Below, one piece after another: positions 57,864 through 64,000 of a DNA stretch of 64,000 nucleotides. Position 1 is the first letter of the stretch; each line of letters starts with the position of its first letter. A model generated the notes under the pieces. It was not told the origin of the DNA. It made no database searches and saw nothing but the letters and a program-made list of their open reading frames with translations. The translations under genes and the position numbers were made by a program. Source of the stretch: Emiliania huxleyi CCMP1516 (taxonomy: Eukaryota); NCBI RefSeq assembly GCF_000372725.1, contig NW_005201123.1, forward strand, positions 248,001 to 312,000, in the 5' to 3' direction.

Positions 57864-60800
57864 TCTGCTGCCATCCACGACTGCTCCTCGCGGTCCTCCT
57901 TGGCGGCCATGTCCTCGGGCGGAGCCTCGTGCAAGGCCTCGAGGCCGCCCGCGGCGATGCTGCTACGAAAAGCGTCCATGTTTTGCATGAGCGATCCCAG
58001 ATCCGCCATCGTGGGCCCTCCCACATCGGAGCCAAAGTCTCCGAATTGGGAGGGCGTTGGCAGAGCCTGGTGCCGCCGCGGCACCACCCGGACGACGTCC
58101 ACCTCGGCCTCCTCCACCACCTCCCCGTGGTCCAGGACCGGCTGTTTCATCAGCTCTGCCACCTCTCGGTCGGTCGCACTCACGGCACTCACGTCGGATG
58201 CTGCAAAGGCGGATCCGACAGAGGGGAGCCGACCCAGCAACGCGACTGCCCGCGAGATCGGGTCCGAGTCGATCGTCCCCGGGTTCGTCAGGGCCCTGAA
58301 GCGCCCCGTCTCGCGGGCGCCCTCGGCGTAGCCGCGCTCGTGCCGCGCCTTGTGCGGGGAGCCGACCCAACGCACCGAAGACGCGGTCGAACCAATCTCC
58401 GACTCCTGGTCCTCCCACCTCGCACCAAACCCGGCCGGCGGGGAGCGTTCGGTGGCTTGCACGGCAGCAAACGCGGCCGGAGCATTTGGCGCAAGCGCCC
58501 GCCCAGGCGCCGGCACGGCGACATCGGTTCCGCGCGGCGAAACAGCAGAGCCGCGCTGCTGGCGGTACCCACTCGCGATGCGCGCACCTACACGCGTAGC
58601 GGGAAGCCAGAGAACGTGAGGGGGCTCGGGGAACAAGCACACACCGGGCCGCCGTCAAGGGCGCGCACGGATGGCGGCGAGGTCCGCGTCGAACCCTTGC
58701 TCTCCGTCGTCGGTCGTCGCCGCCGCCGCCCCGGTCAGCGCCATTTTCTCTGGTGCGCCGTTCAGCCCCTTCTCCGCCGCTGCTAGAGGGCTCTCGCCGA
58801 TTGACCAGCGCCATGGAGATGTGAGCGGGGAGACGCGTGCGCGTGCCGGCGTGGCCAAAGGCGTCGCCTCCTGCACTCTCTCCGCCGCCTCCCGAGGGAG
58901 CGCGTAGTCGAGGCCCAATCTGCCGCAGACGGTGAAAAGGGTTGCGCGCGCCTATTGAGGACCGGCTCAGCCACCGTGACCCAAACATTTCACGCCACAA
59001 CCGAAACGGCGGGGGTATGAGCGGGCGCGCACGTCGGCGGCGGCGAGGGTCGGGTCGCGCCACGCATCTGCCGTCCGGCCGGCGGCACCGTGAGCAGCCC
59101 TCGAGAACTTGTCCACGGTGGCTTGAACGGCGGGGAGCACCTACAGAGGGGGCGACGCAACAAACCTCCGCGTCCAAGCCCGTGTGGCGTGGAGAGTGTG
59201 CAACTACGACGGGGGGGGGGGGGGGGGGGAAAGGGGTTTCCTCCACAAAAAAGGGGACCCCAAGAATTCCGTGCCCCGAGGTAAAAAAATCTTTTTTTTT
59301 GGACCAACCTCCCCAGGGGGACTTCCCCCCCTCCACCAAAAAAAAAAAAAGCTCCCCCCCCCTTAAATGGGGGTTCGCCTTGCCGGGCCGCCGCGCCGTT
59401 CAAAGCCCCAAAACCCCCAGGGCAAAAGGGCTTTATGGGCGGAGCCGGAACCGGAACCGGACCCGCCCCCGGGAACCCTGTCCGGCCCCCCCAAAACCCC
59501 CCCCCCCAANNNNNNNNNNNNNNNNNNNNNNNNNNNNNNNNNNNNNNNNNNNNNNNNNNNNNNNNNNNNNNNNNNNNNNNNNNNNNNNNNNNNNNNNNNN
59601 NNNNNNNNNTGCCTCACCGTCTGCATATGTCTACAGTCGAAGCCTTGCTCGTCTGGCGACCGCCGCGCCGCGAGCGCGACGACGCCCGGCGTCATTTGTG
59701 CCCACGCGTCATCGGTGCTGCAGCCCGGGGCGACGCAGCGCAGCACGCCGCGGCTCGCGTTGAGCAGAGGGGCGATGGCACCAGAGAGCAACGCGACGGC
59801 GACGGAGCGGTGCTCGCGGCTGGAGCGACTGCCATCCGCCCTCCATCCTCCCCCGACGGCAGCCTCGAGGCCCGCAGCCAGCGCCTGCGCGCCGGCAGCC
59901 CGCGGGAGCTCGACGACGAGAGCGGTGCCTCGCAATCGCGACTCGAGCACGCGAACCCCCGCCGAGGCGGCGACTCCCGCCACCGACGCCGGGTCCGCCT
60001 CACACTCTGCCAGCAGCGGCGCGGCGGGCAGCAATCGCAGCGCCGCGGCAAGCTCCGCGGCAAGGCAAGCGTGCCGGGCGAGCAACGCGGCGCTGCCGCC
60101 GGAGGGGTGCGAAGGCGCCCCGACAGGCAGCGCCGCCGTCTCGACGAGCCACAACTCGATCCACACCGCCGTCGCGCCCGACGGGGCAGGCAGACGCGCC
60201 GACACCGCGCGCGCGGCGGCGCCAGCCGTGCTCACGCCCTCCACATTCAGCGGCACGAGGCGGAAGCCGCAGCCGCGGGGCGGCGGGCAACGCAGCGTGA
60301 CGTCCAGCTCGAGCGTGGTTCCGCCGCCTCCGAGCGGGCCAGTAGTGGAACCGTCGCCGCGGTGCGCCGTAGCCGGCACCGCCCGCCAGCGGCCCTCTGG
60401 CTCTCCGCTGGCGCCATCGTCCACCTCGACCCGCCACCTCACCGGCGCGGCCGCGGCGGCGCGGCAGCGCGGGAAGGGGTCGCTGGGCGGCAGGACCTCG
60501 AAGGAGGCGGAGGAGAGCGCGCGCGCGCGCGGTGGCGCGAGTACCGACGGCGCGGGCCAGCCGGCGAGGCTCGGACCCACCTGTGCACCCCAGCGCGTCT
60601 GCTTGGCGTGCGGCACTCCCGCCGCGCCCCCGTCCCCTCCCCCGCCCCCACCCTCGGGGAGGGCAGGCTCTCGAAAGGTGAGCCGCGAACGGACGGTCAC
60701 TGACTGCAGCGGCCGCAGCCCGCCAACCAGCCACGTGTGCCTCGATGCAGCGCCGCCCGACGAGACCCGGCGCGTCGCGGCACAAGCGCCCCACGCCCAC

Positions 60801-61992
60801 ATGTCCTGCTCCCAAGCGCCCGACGCGGCGGCGCGGCGGCACAGCAGAGATGCGGCGTCGCCGGCGCAAGTTGGCGGTGCGGGGATCGAGAACTGCGCGG
60901 TGCTGCACGCGTCGAACGGCGCGGCGGACTCGGCGGCGGCGAGGGGCGAACCCACGCCGTACCGGCTCGCGTCGAAGCCCTCGGCGCGCGCCTCGATTGG
61001 CCACTCGTCGGGAGGCTCGGCCCGCACCTGCGGAGGGGGGAGACGCAGGGCGGTGAGCTGCTCCTGCGTCCCGCCTCGCGCCTTTCCCTCGCACAAAAGA
61101 ATCGCGAACCCGCGTGGTGGTGATGGAGAGGGGGCGGGAGGCGGTCGCCCGACCGCCAACGCCGCTCGCGCCGCGCGGAGCCACGCGAAGGGAGTAGGTC
61201 CACCCCGGCTGCAGGCCGCTCACGCGCGCAGAGAGGCCCGCCGACCGCACCTCGGCCATCTCGGTCGACGCCGGGGCGCCCGCCTCGGTGGCGGTCGCGA
61301 CCCCCCGCAAGACGTACTCTGAGGGAGGCGGCGCGTCGAGTGGCCACAGTGGCGGCAGCGGCGGCCGCCAGCTGAAGTCGATGGAGGTGCAGGAGACGCG
61401 GACGACGGAGAGGGAAGATGCGCCCGGCACGCCCCCTCCCGCTGGCGGCGGCTCGGTGACGGGCGGAGAGCAGGGCGCGCAGGCCAGCGAGAGGAGGGCC
61501 GTCTCTGGCTTTGGCGAGGGGCCGAGGCACGCCGCGCAGCTCCGCTCCCAGTGCCAGCTCCCCAGCGGCAGGCCAACGCCCCCGCCCGCGTCGGCGATGG
61601 AGAAGTGGAGTGGGACGGCGTCGGAGGAGGGCGGGGCGGCGCCTGCGGCAGCCGGAGCATCCACGCCTGTTACGGATGTGTGGGGGGCAGACGGTGGAGA
61701 AAAGAAGGTTACGGCGCGCACCCAGAACCCAGCCACCGGCAGCGGCGCTCGAGTGCCACAGGTAGCGCCACGGGTGCACTGGGTCCGCGTCCGCGGCGCG
61801 CGCCCGGTAGACTCTGCCTTGGCCCAGCGGTGCGAACTCAGCCGCATAGGACGCGTCAGCGGCGGCGCAAGGTGACAGCCTCACGCCACGCACGCCCACG
61901 GCGTACACGCCGTCGTTGCACGGCCGCCCACCGGTCTCTGTGGGACCGAGCGCAAGGCGCACGCACTGGCTGGGTGAGCAGTCAGCGGACAT
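57512..61992 (-). CDS. Large multi-exon protein with fibronectin-III-like domains and a low-complexity acidic/Pro tail; spans a gap
   Basis: VSCTSIDFSWRPP...ARVSGLQPGWTYSLRVAP; LVGGLRPLQSVTVR; PPRARALSSASFEV...FRLVPLNVEG; tail ends EEEEEQPLGGGMDI*. Joining across the gap is inferred. Confidence 0.6.
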
Positions 61993-62305
61993 TGGGAGGA
62001 TTTGACACTATGTGAACGGCGCCCGGGGTTGTGCGTTTACGTGAACGGCGCCTGAAAAAATCCTTTCGTGAGAATTGAAAACTTTTTAAAAGGGTTGCCC
62101 GGCCTGGTAGCTGCGCAAATCTCGCGCTGCGCTAGGCTCAGAGCGAGTTCGCGCTGCGCTAGGCTCAGACGGCGTGCGTGCGCGGGCCGCCGGGGTGAGG
62201 ACCACCCCACGCCCACCTCCTTCGGGCTCGGCAGCTTGTTCTACCACTACCTCAGCCCGAAGCTGGGGCCGGTCCCGTCTAGGCCGTCCGTAGCCGAGAG
62301 AGCCC

Positions 62306-62763
62306 TTGGGCTAGAGCAGGTTTGCCTCTCGCACCCCGTCTGTTTTCCTTTCCTTTTTTCTCTACAACACCCTCTCTTTTCCTCTCTATTTTCCCGGGAA
62401 AACTCCGTGGAAATCGTCAAATTTTGGGCGCTGAGCCGAGTCTGAGGCTGGTTTGGGCCCAAAATCAGCCAAATTTTAGGCCAAATCGGCAAAATGCCGG
62501 GAATTTTGCGGAGAACACGTGTATACCTGGATGGAACTTACCCTGCGACCGCCTGGGTATTTTGTCGATTTCCTCAATTTTGCCTCAGATTTTGCCCCAG
62601 ACCAGCTCTCAGACTCAGGGAAACTCGCGACTTTCCAGAATGGAGCACCAAACACCCTCTGTTTTCCCTGGAAATTTCCGGAAACGCAAAGTGCTGGGGA
62701 CCCTCTGTTTTCCTTTTTGTTTGCCGGAAAAGTATATACAGGCCAAAACCTGCTCTAGCCCAA
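62306..62763. mobile_element. hAT-like MITE (458 bp)
   Basis: 18-bp TIR TTGGGCTAGAGCAGGTTT / AAACCTGCTCTAGCCCAA and a perfect 8-bp TSD GAGAGCCC (62298-62305, 62764-62771). Confidence 0.9.
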
Positions 62764-63033
62764 GAGAGCCCCCCCCCCGCGTCCCGATGAATTCGCTGGG
62801 GGTGGGCGCAGCATTCCCAGCCCTTTGCCAAAGGTCCCTTGGTTTACCCTTGGTTTGAGGGCGGGTTTTGATTAGTAGAACAGTCCCTTGTGACGCACTG
62901 GCTGGGTGAGCAAATACCTGAGGGTCCCTCAGGCGCTCAGCGGCGTGCACCGGACTCTCGAATAAAGGGTGACGTGTCGTGCTCCTTTGACGTCGCCGGT
63001 AACCGAAACATGGTGTCACGCTGGGGCTTGTCT

Positions 63034-63280
63034 CTGAGCCCTGGTGTCGAGGTGTCGAGGCCCGGTGTGGAGGGTGTCGAGCTGCTGTCGAGGGGTAGAG
63101 GTGTCGAGGCCTGTCGAGGCCTGTCGAGGCCTGTCGAGGCTGGTACCACGCTTGTCCGTGTCGAGGGGTGTCGAGGGGTGTCGAGGGGTGTCGAGGGTGT
63201 CGAGCGTGTCGAGCGTGTCGAGCGGGTGTCGCGAGTGTTGTCAAGGGGTTTTGCGTCTAAGGTGTCGAGGTGTCCAAGGT
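63034..63280. repeat. TGTCGAGG tandem-repeat element
   Basis: Many TGTCGAG(G/C) units starting after CTGAG; architecture similar to the CTCTACA element at 28.1 kb. Confidence 0.75.
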
Positions 63281-64000
63281 GGCAGGATGCAGTTGCAGCC
63301 CATCAACAAAACTTGGGCAGCAGTTGCAAAGCTGTTTCATCCCTTATAGTTGCAGCCTCTCAGTTGCACCCTGTTGATGTAGCACAACCTGAGCACAACC
63401 AGTATACTCTCTGTGGACATTTGAGGACATCAAGTGCCGGGCGTCATTGCCACTGTGCACAAAGGTGCTGTGCAGGCGCAGCACCGCAGCAGCGTCGCCG
63501 CTGCAGCGTCGTCGCCCCTGCAGCGCCACCGGCGCACAAAGCGCAACTGACCACAGCGCTCCTTTCACAAGGCTGGTGCCATGAGTCAGTGGACATTGCC
63601 ACTGCACAAGGTGCTGTCCAGCAGCTAAGGGCTACAGTACCCCAATGACGATCGGCTGGCGACCCGTTAGGGTCGACAGTTGAGCTAGGGAGTGTTGCGA
63701 TGGCCGCCCAAATGCGAACGCAGGAGATAAGTTAATTTGCGGCGACGTTCCGAGGGAAGGATCAAGTCGCCGCCCGGTTTCATTAGAAGCTCCTTGTCAC
63801 GTGAAGTTCTACGTGCGTCCACGGGGCCAAGGCGCGGCCGAGCTGTTGGAGAGAGACAGAGGTCTCTCTCGTTGCGCGTTTCAGCGTCGCCGCCGCTGCA
63901 GCGTCGCCGTTGCAGCCGAGCGTCGCCAGTGCACAAAGCGCAATGGACCACAGGTCTGCACTCATGGCACAAGCTCACTGGTGTGAGGATTCATTGCCAC

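Noticed and set aside
61961..62912. 20-bp direct repeat ACGCACTGGCTGGGTGAGCA (61961, 62893) as a TSD
   Set aside because: Removing the interval does not restore an open frame (in-frame TGA), and no element tail is evident.

Overview
GC-rich eukaryotic nuclear scaffold with many introns, mostly GC-AG donors. The gene style and content fit a haptophyte such as Emiliania/Gephyrocapsa huxleyi (inference; no database search was possible). It has three 100-N gaps and several low-quality homopolymer tracts. The first 6.6 kb is a very young, intact Ty1/Copia LTR retrotransposon (285-bp LTRs differing at one base). It lacks a TSD, is embedded among fragments of its own family, and carries an unusual hydrophobic, membrane-like insert between Gag and protease. 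Next is a 2.06-kb TIR element with an 8-bp TSD carrying a non-transposase ORF. Spliced host genes include a Tudor-knot-like protein, a GT8 glycosyltransferase, a formin, an Alb1-like protein, UTP6, a Tic22-like protein, Tex/SRBD1, V-ATPase c'', mitochondrial ACP, an ShKT-VHL-HDEL ER protein, mitochondrial L7/L12, 14-3-3 and an FN3 protein. Between them lie many MITEs (mostly 8-bp TSDs, one nested pair), retroposon 3' tails sharing one conserved module, minisatellites and perfect palindromes. No CRISPR, rRNA or tRNA genes were found. Best leads: the membrane-insert, self-nested Copia; the cargo-carrying TIR element; the shared retroposon 3' module; and a probable GA-AG intron.
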